DNA of 64,000 nt from Patescibacteria group bacterium. Lineage in GTDB: Bacteria; Patescibacteriota; Patescibacteriia; PEXW01. This document shows, piece after piece, positions 39,327 through 48,284 of this stretch. Location: positions 521,206 to 585,205 of the forward strand of contig JBAYJA010000001.1 in NCBI GenBank assembly GCA_041665345.1, written 5' to 3'. Position 1 is the stretch's first letter. Every line of letters begins with the position of its first letter. A model generated the notes under the pieces. That model made no database searches and had not been told where the DNA came from. It was given only the letters and a program-made list of their open reading frames with translations. The position numbers and the translations under genes are program-made.

Positions 39327-39521
39327 ATGGACCAAGAAGCAGAGTTCAAGAGTACCCACGGCGGTATGACGCCGCAAGAGGAGTACTGGGTGAACCATAA
39401 AGGGCGACGGTGGAGATGGGATGAATGGGGCTCGCCAGTTGGCTTAAGCCTGGGCTGGGCACTCTTCATAATCCCCCTGGGGATATTCCTGTACTTCCTG
39501 CACCTCTCGGGCATTATCTAG
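39327..39521 (+). CDS. Small membrane protein
   Basis: C-terminal TM helix; followed by a terminator at ~39541-39577. Confidence 0.65.
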   Translation: MDQEAEFKSTHGGMTPQEEYWVNHKGRRWRWDEWGSPVGLSLGWALFIIPLGIFLYFLHLSGII

Positions 39522-39667
39522 CATCGCAGTGGTAATGCAGAACCGACCTCCTTTGTAGGGGGTCGGTTTGCTTTTTTAACCAAGCCATTTCCATCCGGGT
39601 TGACACAACAGACAACCCATGGTACGGTCAGGTGTTAAAAAATCGAAACTGAAAGAAGGAGAAGTGC

Positions 39668-40063
39668 ATGCGTATTGCATACATTATGCGTGGTGTGTCT
39701 GGCAGCGGCAAGACCACGGTAGCAAAGCAGCTCATTCAAAATGGAGGGACAATCCACGCAACAGACAACTACTTCATGGTTGAGGGAGTGTATACGTTCG
39801 ACCCGGCGAAGCTTTCGGAATACCATGAACTAAACTTCCAGTCTTTTTCCGAAAGTCTGCAAGCAGGCGTGCCTGTCATTGTGTGTGACAATACGAACAT
39901 TCTGTATACACATTACCAACGGTACGTTGAGGCTGCTGAGCAGGCTGGCTACCTGGTTGCTATTGTGACCTTGCCGCACCCAGATCCGCAGCAAGCGGCT
40001 GAGCGTAACCTGCACGGTGTCCCTCTGTACGCCATCGACCGGCAAATCAGCCGTTTTGAGTAG
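39668..40063 (+). CDS. P-loop kinase, AAA_33/N4BP2-like
   Basis: MRGVSGSGKTT, TDNYF, CDNTN, RNLHGVP; TTGACA-17-TACGGT promoter and AGGAG SD. Confidence 0.85.
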   Translation: MRIAYIMRGVSGSGKTTVAKQLIQNGGTIHATDNYFMVEGVYTFDPAKLSEYHELNFQSFSESLQAGVPVIVCDNTNILYTHYQRYVEAAEQAGYLVAIVTLPHPDPQQAAERNLHGVPLYAIDRQISRFE

Positions 40064-40205
40064 TTCTAGTGGCTCTTCGATTTTATCGGGGAGCCTTTTC
40101 CATTTGCACTTTTGCCCGAAGGAAAGACCAAGAAGAGATGTGGCCACAAAGGAAGCGTTCAAAAATATTTTGAACAATCACAGAACGTACGCTATACTAC
40201 GGCTT

Positions 40206-41009
40206 ATGAAAAAAGCACACATGTTTTCCGTTCTGGTCGCTGTCGTTCTCCTGGGTACCGCGTGTAGTACACCCAGCCAGCAGATAAATGCCCCGGTTGC
40301 GAACACGAACACCAGCACATTTTCGAACACGAATGAGGGCACAAACACGAATACCGCTGTCACGACTGATCCCAACCAACCAGACCTCCTAATAAAGCAT
40401 CTGGGTTTGAACGTTGGTCCGTACGATTCAGCCACCAAAATGGCGGGAGATATCAAGTTTATCAAATCCAAGCTAGGGGGGACCGACCGGCCGCTGTCCG
40501 AATTTGGCTACATTATTCCAGGGGCAAATACCTCAACGCGGATGGATAAACCAAACCCACAACCAACTTTCAGCGCGCCACTAGGCACCAAAGTCCATGC
40601 TATTGTGGATGGCGAAGTCGTCCGTATTGAAACGCTGTACAGCAATGACTTCTCCATTATGCTTGCCTCATCACGCGAGAGTGAGTGGATCTACGAACTG
40701 GAACACGTCATCAAACCCGTCGTCAAGGTTGGCGATCACGTCAAGGCTGGCGACATCATCGCCGAGGTCAGTACTCACGACTCGCAGCACTATCCTGGTA
40801 TTGGCCTGGTAGAAATTGGGATTCTCCGTGGTGGCAACCCCCCACAGCACGTCTGCCCTTTCCAATATTTGGACCCAACCGTAAAAGTTGACCTTCAGCA
40901 GCGCATCAAAAATCTACAGGACGCGTGGGAAACGTATCGCGGAAATAAGAGCATCTACGGGACTGACCAGATTATTGGTTGCAAGAGCTTGGAGCCAATC
41001 CAAGGGTAA
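40206..41009 (+). CDS. Lipoprotein with degenerate M23/LytM-like domain
   Basis: LGTAC lipobox; APLGTKVHAIVDGEV, YELEHV, VKVGDHVKAGDII. Confidence 0.75.
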   Translation: MKKAHMFSVLVAVVLLGTACSTPSQQINAPVANTNTSTFSNTNEGTNTNTAVTTDPNQPDLLIKHLGLNVGPYDSATKMAGDIKFIKSKLGGTDRPLSEFGYIIPGANTSTRMDKPNPQPTFSAPLGTKVHAIVDGEVVRIETLYSNDFSIMLASSRESEWIYELEHVIKPVVKVGDHVKAGDIIAEVSTHDSQHYPGIGLVEIGILRGGNPPQHVCPFQYLDPTVKVDLQQRIKNLQDAWETYRGNKSIYGTDQIIGCKSLEPIQG

Positions 41010-41020
41010 AACACTATCCT

Positions 41021-41503
41021 ATGAACCCACTAATGAAACCCATTACCCCACATCTGTGGTTTGATACGCCTGAGAAAGTGAAAGCCGCGGTTGAGTACTA
41101 TGTCTCGGTTTTTCCGAACTCCAAGACCCTCAGCTCCTACGTGCTGCACAACACACCCACGCCTGGCGGGGACACGTTTGTCTACGAATTTGCATTGAAC
41201 GGCCAGCGGTTCATCGCCATCAATGGTGGTGACCTGTTCAAGTTTAACGAAGCGATCTCCTTCATCATTACCTGTGAATCGCAAGAAGAGCTGGATGCCT
41301 ACTGGTCCAAACTCTCGGCCGTTCCGGCGTCTGAACAGTGTGGCTGGTGTAAGGACAAATTTGGATTGATTTGGCAAATCACGCCGGTGTATCTGGATGA
41401 GGTAATGTCCAGCGGGAATCAGGCGAAAATTGACCGTGTGACGCAAGCATTCTTACCAATGAAAAAGATTATCATTTCTGATCTGAAGAAAGCTGCAGAG
41501 TAA
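41021..41503 (+). CDS. VOC / 3-demethylubiquinone-9 3-methyltransferase family protein
   Basis: ITPHLWFD, FNEAISF, QCGWCKDKFGLIWQI. Confidence 0.9.
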   Translation: MNPLMKPITPHLWFDTPEKVKAAVEYYVSVFPNSKTLSSYVLHNTPTPGGDTFVYEFALNGQRFIAINGGDLFKFNEAISFIITCESQEELDAYWSKLSAVPASEQCGWCKDKFGLIWQITPVYLDEVMSSGNQAKIDRVTQAFLPMKKIIISDLKKAAE

Positions 41504-41507
41504 ACCC

Positions 41508-41927
41508 ATGCCCGAAATAAAGACCAAGAAGAACAAAGGCAGTGTGTCCAAGTTCATCCAGGCTGTCCCTGACGTGAAGCGGCGCAAAGATGCCCAGGTG
41601 TTGGTGAAAATGTTTGCTGAGGTGACGGGTAAAAAGCCAACTATGTGGGGCACGGCTATTGTGGGCTACGGCATGTTTCACTACAAGTCTGCGCGCAGCA
41701 CCCAAGAAGGTGATTGGCCGCTGAGTGCCTTTTCACCGCGGAAGCAGAATCTGACCTTGTACATCATGCATGGCCTGAAGCCGGCTGACCTAAAAAACCT
41801 GGGACCACATACCACGAGTAAAGGCTGTTTGTACATCAAACGGTTGTCTGATGTAAATCTCGTGGTCCTGAAAGCCGCGATTTTGAAGTCGTACAAGTTT
41901 ATGCAGAAGCAGTACCCACGGGGATAA
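41508..41927 (+). CDS. DUF1801 domain protein
   Basis: MWGTAIVGYG, FSPRKQNLTLY, SKGCLYIKRL. Confidence 0.88.
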   Translation: MPEIKTKKNKGSVSKFIQAVPDVKRRKDAQVLVKMFAEVTGKKPTMWGTAIVGYGMFHYKSARSTQEGDWPLSAFSPRKQNLTLYIMHGLKPADLKNLGPHTTSKGCLYIKRLSDVNLVVLKAAILKSYKFMQKQYPRG

Positions 41928-42020
41928 AGAACAAAATTCCCACCAAATCACTAGGAGTTTGTCGGGCAGGGGATTTTTTGGTATCGTAGACACATAGCTT
42001 CGTATTCAACAACCGACCAT

Positions 42021-42419
42021 ATGAAAATGTGCCCTGTGGTGCACTTCGAAATGCCTGCCGAAGATAAAAAGCGGATGACCGAGTTTTACACCAAAGTTTT
42101 TGGTTGGCAAACCCAGCAGCTGGGCAAGGAGATGGGGGAGTACGTGGTGGTTACCACCACGGAGACTGATGAAAATCGGATGGTGAAAGCACCTGGGACC
42201 ATCAACGGTGGTTTTTACCAAAAGACTGAGGACAAGCTTTCACAGTACCCGTCCATTGTCATTCAGGTGGATGATATCCAAGCGCATATGAAGATTGTGG
42301 AAGATGCCGGCGGAAAAATCTCTGGGAAGATGGAAGACATTCCCGGGATTGGGTTGTGGGCATCCATTATTGATTCCGAAGGCAACCGCATTAGCATGCT
42401 GCAGCCGCACAAGCGGTAA
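42021..42419 (+). CDS. VOC/glyoxalase family protein
   Basis: VVHFEMPA, FYTKVFGW, INGG, DSEGNR. Confidence 0.9.
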   Translation: MKMCPVVHFEMPAEDKKRMTEFYTKVFGWQTQQLGKEMGEYVVVTTTETDENRMVKAPGTINGGFYQKTEDKLSQYPSIVIQVDDIQAHMKIVEDAGGKISGKMEDIPGIGLWASIIDSEGNRISMLQPHKR

Positions 42420-42445
42420 CGATTGAAAAACGTTTTGCTTCTTTT

Positions 42446-42521
42446 GAGCCGCGGGGTGCCCCAACCAGTTGTTTGCAGATTCCCATCGCTGCAACTGGCC
42501 CACCCCCGGCTCTTTTTTGTG
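42446..42521. repeat. Long imperfect hairpin, family A copy 1
   Basis: GAGCCG/CGGCTC, GGGGTG/CACCCC and CCAGTTG/CAACTGG stems followed by a T-run. Confidence 0.7.
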
Positions 42522-42739
42522 AAGAAAAAAAGCAGAAGGTTAGTTCCAAAACTTTTTCCCGCTGTGGTAGAGCGTTGACTAAACGCCAAGGCAAGTTTGA
42601 GGATTTTTGGGTTGTATGAATTATCCATAGTGTAAATTTACGAAAGAATTGAAGCCCGAGCGAAGTAGATTGGAAAAATAAAAAGAAGCCCAGGCGAAGT
42701 TTCGTCGGGCTTGTTTGGTATAAAACCGTAAGTGATGAG

Positions 42740-43108
42740 TTATGCAGAAGCGGAAAGGGAACGGTGCAGCACCTCTGCTGCCTTTTCTGCAGAAGGGTAG
42801 ATATACACTTCCTTATTCAAGAATGCGCATGCTAGTTGTATAAGGAGCGGGTGTTCACCACCAAGCGTGAGGGCAAGTTTCTGCTTTTTGTTGCCCAGGA
42901 GCTTGTGGATCAAAATGAGCTTGCCCACCGCATAGTCGCTAATGGCTGTAACGCCTGTCAGGTTTACGAGATGCAGGGTATACTCGTTTGCCTCATTCGT
43001 TATGGCGAAATCAAGTATATCCGCAACATAGTCATTAATGGCTCCTGTTAGCGTGTACTCCATAATATCCCGGTCGCGTACCTGCTGGACTAGTTGTTTA
43101 GGGTTCAT
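42740..43108 (-). CDS. STAS (anti-sigma antagonist)-like protein
   Basis: LTGAI, VNLTGVTAISDYAVGKLI, YPSAEKAAE. Confidence 0.6.
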   Translation of the reverse strand: MNPKQLVQQVRDRDIMEYTLTGAINDYVADILDFAITNEANEYTLHLVNLTGVTAISDYAVGKLILIHKLLGNKKQKLALTLGGEHPLLIQLACAFLNKEVYIYPSAEKAAEVLHRSLSASA

Positions 43109-43424
43109 TTTTCCTCACTTTTTTTGATGCCTTTGCAATTATCTCAAGTGATGCCTGAGTGATTCTTTGCCCTTTTTTTGTAAGTGCAAAATACGTTTTT
43201 GCACGACCACCACGTGTTGGGGTAGGTTGTCTCGTTTGCTTCGACAGCATTCCTTTTTTCACAAGCCGATTGAGGGTTGTGTATAGCGCGCCGACAGTTG
43301 GCATGTTTGCGAACTTGCCGATGTCTTCGCGGATGCTTATGCCGTAAGCGTTTTTGTTGTTTCGCATAACGGCAAGCATCACCAGCAATTCAAAACGTAT
43401 AAAGTGCATTTTTTTGATTTTCAT
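43098..43424 (-). CDS. PadR-family transcriptional regulator
   Basis: FELLVMLA, AYGISI, GALYTTLNRLVKKG, PTPTRGGRAKTYF; TTGACG-17-TAAAAT promoter. Confidence 0.88.
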   Translation of the reverse strand: MKIKKMHFIRFELLVMLAVMRNNKNAYGISIREDIGKFANMPTVGALYTTLNRLVKKGMLSKQTRQPTPTRGGRAKTYFALTKKGQRITQASLEIIAKASKKVRKNEP

Positions 43425-43518
43425 TTTTCCTCTTTTGGAAATGCGTGATATTCAAATCATTTTATAATAGTAAGGCTAGCCCGTCAATACTATCTTATTG
43501 ATTGCCTGAATCTTGCGT

Positions 43519-43602
43519 AAGCACAGGGGTTGGAGCTTTCCCAGAAGTTGAGAACCGTACGGTACGATTGCTACAGCTGGCTCACCCCCGGCGCTTTTTG
43601 TG
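43519..43602. repeat. Long imperfect hairpin, family A copy 2
   Basis: 3' arm matches copy 1 at 30 of 35 positions (by-hand count). Confidence 0.65.
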
Positions 43603-43731
43603 AAAAAATACCCCGGTAGTTGGTGTCTACCGGGGGCTGCATCCCATATTCTACAAGGTTGAAAGGCTCCCACAGCTGGAGTCCAAATACAGTCTGTGCG
43701 TCAATGGAGCCAAAAATACGGAATGAACAGG
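43603..43731 (-). ncRNA. Candidate structured small RNA B1 with its own promoter and terminator
   Basis: TTGACA-16-TACACT promoter with extended TG (43764-43737); closing stem, inner stems, then a CCCCGGTAG/CTACCGGGG hairpin and a TATTTTTT tail. Confidence 0.65.
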
Positions 43732-43768
43732 TTTTCAGTGTAGCAAAGTGCTTTCCTATGTCAAGAAC

Positions 43769-43891
43769 AAAATACCCCAGTAGCAAGCTACCGGGGCTGC
43801 CTTCCACATATGTAGAGGCTGATAGACACCCACACAGGGTCAGTGCAAAGACGTACCTGTGCTTTGGGCGCCTAAACGAAAAATATGACAG
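43769..43891 (-). ncRNA. Candidate structured small RNA B2, homolog of B1
   Basis: Collinear with B1, compensatory stem changes, near-identical terminator. Confidence 0.6.
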
Positions 43892-43957
43892 ATATAGGAC
43901 TTCGGCTTTGTATTCCTTTCGCCTGCAGTCAGAGGTACACAACCCAGCTACGGAGAT

Positions 43958-44317
43958 TTAGCGCGTCTGCCTGCGGTTTTTCGTGATATCCACCAATGCA
44001 GCCTTGGCTCGAGTGCCGCAGCTTCGAATGAGGACGTCCAAGGGCTTTTTGAGGAGTTCCAGAACCGTCTCCGGTGTTGGTGCTTGATCCAGCATACGCA
44101 AGGTTTTCGTGCTTTTTTGCTGGGTAGCGTAGGCCAGCCAGACGCAACCGCAGGTTGGACTTTCCCCCCGAACCGCGGCGTAGTGCGTGAAGGATGGATC
44201 TACATCATTGGGATGTACTCCTTCCAATTCTCGCAGGTCGTACCACGTTGTCACCGCGTGCAGAATAGTACCGTGCCGGGGGCAGAATATTTTCATTTTC
44301 AAATTTGGTTTTCGCAT
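43958..44317 (-). CDS. Hypothetical protein: CxxH/CxC N-terminal part, possible alpha-CTD/HhH-like C-terminus
   Basis: AAGGAG SD before ATG at 44317; TTGACA-18-TAGAGT promoter. Confidence 0.65.
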   Translation of the reverse strand: MRKPNLKMKIFCPRHGTILHAVTTWYDLRELEGVHPNDVDPSFTHYAAVRGESPTCGCVWLAYATQQKSTKTLRMLDQAPTPETVLELLKKPLDVLIRSCGTRAKAALVDITKNRRQTR

Positions 44318-44488
44318 GCGCAATCTCCTTTTGTTTCTGTCTTTTGCATTCACTCTAGGTCGAGTTTTAGGCTTCTGTCAACGTCGTTTGCTCAGGCTTG
44401 ATTCTTCCGCAGGGGTATGGCACCATGGGGCTACAGTGAAGGTGAACTATCACCTGAACATGTTTTTTCTCCGCTTACTGAATACCAT

Positions 44489-47400
44489 ATGGAAAATCCA
44501 GGGCAGCAGGCCGGTTCGTTTAAAGAGCATCCGTTCGATTGGAACGCGAAACTTGTCCGGTACTTCTTGCACAACTCCCGGCTGGTGTGGGTCATTATTG
44601 GCGCCATTGTTATTGGCGGACTTTTTGCTTTAGTACACTTTCAGCGCCAAGGCTTTCCTCAGGTAAGTCCGAAAATAGTCTTGGTGCAGACACTTTTTCC
44701 TGGAGCCACGGCAGAGGAAATGGAACGGCAGGTGACAAGCGTGATTGAGGCGGCGGTGAAAGATGTCAAAGGCCTGAAAGAAACGTCCTCAACGTCTGCC
44801 AACAGTTTTTCTAATGTTGTGGTTACCTTGGAAGAATCGGTGAATTTGGATACCGCCACCCAAGACGTGCAATCCAAAGTCCAGGCGATCCAGGCCGAGT
44901 TGCCAGACGATGCTGAGGCGCCAAAAGTAGAGACGTTCTCCACCAGTGGCCCAGCCTTCATCTTCGGTATTACGCACGAGAGCCAAAAGATAGACACGAT
45001 TCGTCAGGTTGCTAGTGACGTCATCCATGCATTGAGCGATGTCCCAGGAGTGAAGTCTGTCACGCTGGCTGCTGATGCCCCGGAGCAGATTCACATTACC
45101 TTTGATCCAGCAAAGATGTCGCAGGCTGGGGTCAACCTGCAAATTCTCCAGCTGGCACTCCAGGGCGCGAACGTCAATTTTCCTGCCGGCACTTTGGATT
45201 TGGATGGGAAAGCGCAGTCCATCGTAACGATTGGCGCCTATAGCAGATTGGAAGATATTTCGAATTTGCTTTTGGGTGTAAACCCGCAAACCAAGCAGCC
45301 GATTCGGGTTCAAGATATTGCCAAGGTCACCCGGGGTTTTGCAACCGAGGAAAACATTGATCGGTTTGGGTACATTACCAATAATCAGCTCGTGAGCCGG
45401 CCTGGTGTACTGGTGAATATTATGGTGACGAATGATGCTGATGTCATTAAAACCAAGGCCGCCATTGATGCCCACCTGGCAGAAATGCGAGACGCAAACA
45501 CATTGGCGAAAGAGGTGGACGTGGTTGAGCTCAGCGACACGGCGCGTGACACGAAGAACCAGATAGGCGAAATTTTAGATGGCGCAGTTGGATCGCCAGC
45601 CAATGCGTACTTCCTTGGGGGGATTCAGCTCCTTTTCCTGGTCATGCTGGTGTTTGTGAACTGGCGTACTGCCATTGTGGCCGCCTTGGCCATTCCGCTG
45701 TCCATGCTCTTCACGTTCACGGCTTTGGCCATCACTGGCACGCAGCTGAACACCATAGTGTTATTCTCTCTCATTTTGGTGCTGGGGTTAATTGTGGACC
45801 CAGCGATCATCATGATTGAGGCTATTCAACGCTACCGGGATCTGCAGCATAGTGCTACGGATGCCGTGTTGGAATCTGGCCGACGGTATGGCGCGTCACT
45901 GTTCATGGCGGTGCTAGCGTCCATCATTGTCTTCCTGCCCTTTGGAGTAGTGTCTGGTATCTTTGGGGAAATTATTACGTACATTCCGCTTACTGTCATT
46001 CCCGCGCTTATTGCCTCGTACCTCATCCCCATTGCCATTCTGCCCATGCTTTCCAAGTGGCTCATGCGGCCGCGGCGGGTGAAAGCCGGGGATCAGGCTA
46101 TAGCTGCCGAAGATGAAGGACTGTGGCCTGTTGCCCGCTGGTTCATGTCCGTAAGCCAAAAGTTGTTGAAAGCAAAGTGGCGGCAGATTACGACTATTGT
46201 CGTGGCACTCATTTTAGTCATGGCCTCAGTCTCTATTGTGGGCTCTGGCAAAGTGCAAGTGGTGCAATTTTCCAAAGCGAATGATAATCCTTACATTTCT
46301 ATTGATGCACGCTTTACCAAAGGGTTGACTTTCGCTGATCGGTCGGCCACAGGTACTGCCCTGGAAGCGCTTTTGCTGGACGAGCCAGGAGTGGCAAAAT
46401 TTTTCTACTACCAGCAGAGCCGGGATAACCTTTTCCTCTTCGCTGAACTACAAGCGAAAGCCGAACGGGATGCGGAGAATACTAGTAAAAAGATTGTGGA
46501 GCGTTTGAAAGCAAATGTTGCAGCTGTGCCGCACTTGGATGATGTGCTGGTGGGTGAGCTGGGCGTGGGTCCACCTGAAGCGGACTACCAAATCCAGGTT
46601 CAGTTGAATGATAATGACCCGACGATTCTGGAAAAAGCCGCGGTGGATATTGGCAACCACCTGCGCTCGTTGGAGCACATTATCCGGGTGGATGATGGCT
46701 ACACCGGGAAAGGCGAATCCGAAGTTCGGGTGACTCTGGATCGGACGAAAGTGCAAGTAGCGGGTTTGTCCAGCTTTGAAATTGGCCAACAGCTGAAAGC
46801 AGTAATCGGTGAAACCACGGTGACCAAGTTCACGGGCGAAGGTGGCTCAGCCGACGTCATTTTGAAGAACGGGGCTGTACCCAAAGACTTGGAAGCCATC
46901 CGCAACCTGCCACTGGTTAGTAGCCGCACAGGCCAAACGGTCCGCGTTCGTGACGTGGCGACGGTGCAGCAAGAATCAACAGTCAGTGCTATCCAGCGGT
47001 TTGACGGTCTGCGCTACGTCAGCGTCCGGGCCCGGATTGATGACAGCAAGAACTTGGTGGCCGTCCAGCAGAAGCTGAACGACTACCTGACCGATGAGAA
47101 GTTGGAGCAGTTGGGGATTGATAGCCGAGATTCCCGTGGAGACTTTGACGACATTGCCAAGTCATTCAAAGACTTGGGCATGGCGCTGGCTGCGGCCATT
47201 CTGCTCACCTACATTTTCCTGGTGCTGCAGTTCAAGTCCTTTTCTCAGCCGCTCATCATGCTCATCACCGTGCCGCTTTCGCTCACCGGCGTCTTCCCGG
47301 CGCTGCTACTCACCGGGTCTGACCTAGGCTTCCTGGAAGTGCTTGGCGTTACTATTCTGGTGGGGATTGTGGTAAGTGTAGGTATCTTCCTCATGGACTA

Positions 47401-47683
47401 CGCCAACCAGCTCGTCAAGGAACGTGGCTACACCGCGAAGGAGGCCATTATCCAAGCCACCGGCGTTCGCTTCCGTCCCATTGTCCTCACAAAACTGGTA
47501 GTCATTGGCGGGCTTTTGCCTCTGGCCATTGAGTCAGAATTCTGGCGCGGCTTAGCCGTGGTAATTATTGGTGGTATTGCTCTCTCCGGTTTCCTGTCCC
47601 TCATTGTCCTGCCCATTCTCTACGTTTGGATCCAGGCGGGCCGGAAGAAACTGCATGGATCTCTGACGAAACTTGAAGGTTAG
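44489..47683 (+). CDS. RND efflux transporter permease, AcrB/CusA family
   Basis: FPGATAEEME, NFPAG, AIPLS, LGLIVDPAI, RFRPIVLT; start may be 44417. Confidence 0.93.
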   Translation: MENPGQQAGSFKEHPFDWNAKLVRYFLHNSRLVWVIIGAIVIGGLFALVHFQRQGFPQVSPKIVLVQTLFPGATAEEMERQVTSVIEAAVKDVKGLKETSSTSANSFSNVVVTLEESVNLDTATQDVQSKVQAIQAELPDDAEAPKVETFSTSGPAFIFGITHESQKIDTIRQVASDVIHALSDVPGVKSVTLAADAPEQIHITFDPAKMSQAGVNLQILQLALQGANVNFPAGTLDLDGKAQSIVTIGAYSRLEDISNLLLGVNPQTKQPIRVQDIAKVTRGFATEENIDRFGYITNNQLVSRPGVLVNIMVTNDADVIKTKAAIDAHLAEMRDANTLAKEVDVVELSDTARDTKNQIGEILDGAVGSPANAYFLGGIQLLFLVMLVFVNWRTAIVAALAIPLSMLFTFTALAITGTQLNTIVLFSLILVLGLIVDPAIIMIEAIQRYRDLQHSATDAVLESGRRYGASLFMAVLASIIVFLPFGVVSGIFGEIITYIPLTVIPALIASYLIPIAILPMLSKWLMRPRRVKAGDQAIAAEDEGLWPVARWFMSVSQKLLKAKWRQITTIVVALILVMASVSIVGSGKVQVVQFSKANDNPYISIDARFTKGLTFADRSATGTALEALLLDEPGVAKFFYYQQSRDNLFLFAELQAKAERDAENTSKKIVERLKANVAAVPHLDDVLVGELGVGPPEADYQIQVQLNDNDPTILEKAAVDIGNHLRSLEHIIRVDDGYTGKGESEVRVTLDRTKVQVAGLSSFEIGQQLKAVIGETTVTKFTGEGGSADVILKNGAVPKDLEAIRNLPLVSSRTGQTVRVRDVATVQQESTVSAIQRFDGLRYVSVRARIDDSKNLVAVQQKLNDYLTDEKLEQLGIDSRDSRGDFDDIAKSFKDLGMALAAAILLTYIFLVLQFKSFSQPLIMLITVPLSLTGVFPALLLTGSDLGFLEVLGVTILVGIVVSVGIFLMDYANQLVKERGYTAKEAIIQATGVRFRPIVLTKLVVIGGLLPLAIESEFWRGLAVVIIGGIALSGFLSLIVLPILYVWIQAGRKKLHGSLTKLEG

Positions 47684-47769
47684 GCCATTCTCAGTTTCCC
47701 AGCCGCCTCATGGATTGGGGCGGTTTTTGGGTTGTTGATTTCTCATCGTAACAATGAGATGATACGCAT

Positions 47770-48117
47770 ATGGAAAATGATATCAAGGACCTCCAAAAGC
47801 GAATTATTGCTTTCCGAGATGCGAGAGACTGGGCGAAGTTTCATCAACCAAAAGAACTGGCTATTTCTTTGGCCATTGAGGCAGCAGAGCTACTAGAAAA
47901 GTTTCAATGGCAAAAGGGCGGGACAAAGGAGTACCAGGACGAAAACCGGGAAGATATTGGGGATGAGCTTGCAGATGTCTTCATTTACGCGCTCAACTTG
48001 GCGCACCAGATGGGTTTTGACGTGAAGGAGATCGTGGAAGAGAAGTTGAAGAAGAGTGGTCTGAAGTACCCCGTGGAAAAGGCAAAAGGGACGGATAAGA
48101 AGTATACGGAGCTATGA
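47770..48117 (+). CDS. MazG-like nucleotide pyrophosphohydrolase
   Basis: RDWAKFHQPKELAISLAIEAAELLE, DELADV, KYPVEK. Confidence 0.9.
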   Translation: MENDIKDLQKRIIAFRDARDWAKFHQPKELAISLAIEAAELLEKFQWQKGGTKEYQDENREDIGDELADVFIYALNLAHQMGFDVKEIVEEKLKKSGLKYPVEKAKGTDKKYTEL

Positions 48118-48284
48118 AAATCAACGCCATTTGGCACAAAGCACATCGAATGCCAAAGAACGCAACGCTGAAGCAGAGAATTACCTGGCACACAGGACAT
48201 GCCGAAAATTGTCAGTGCCGGGACTCAAAGGCTCATCTCAACAAACTTAAACTGAAGCAACGCCATGTTGCACTTACTGTATGA
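48114..48284 (+). CDS. Small His/Cys protein (not in ORF track)
   Basis: MKINAIWHKAHRMPKNATLKQRITWHTGHAENCQCR...; ATGA coupling at both ends. Confidence 0.7.
   Translation: MKINAIWHKAHRMPKNATLKQRITWHTGHAENCQCRDSKAHLNKLKLKQRHVALTV

Noticed and set aside
34700-43600. Classical integron cassette array
   Set aside because: No integrase and no consistent RYYYAAC...GTTRRRY attC sites; many genes have their own promoters
43603-43891. SRP RNA, tmRNA or RNase P identity for the hairpin RNAs (also 58709-58838)
   Set aside because: They lack the SRP GNRA domain IV motif, tRNA-like ends and the RNase P GAGGAAAGTCC motif
43571-43942. 123-aa minus-strand ORF
   Set aside because: TTG start without SD; it runs through two terminators and a promoter, and is better explained as ncRNA
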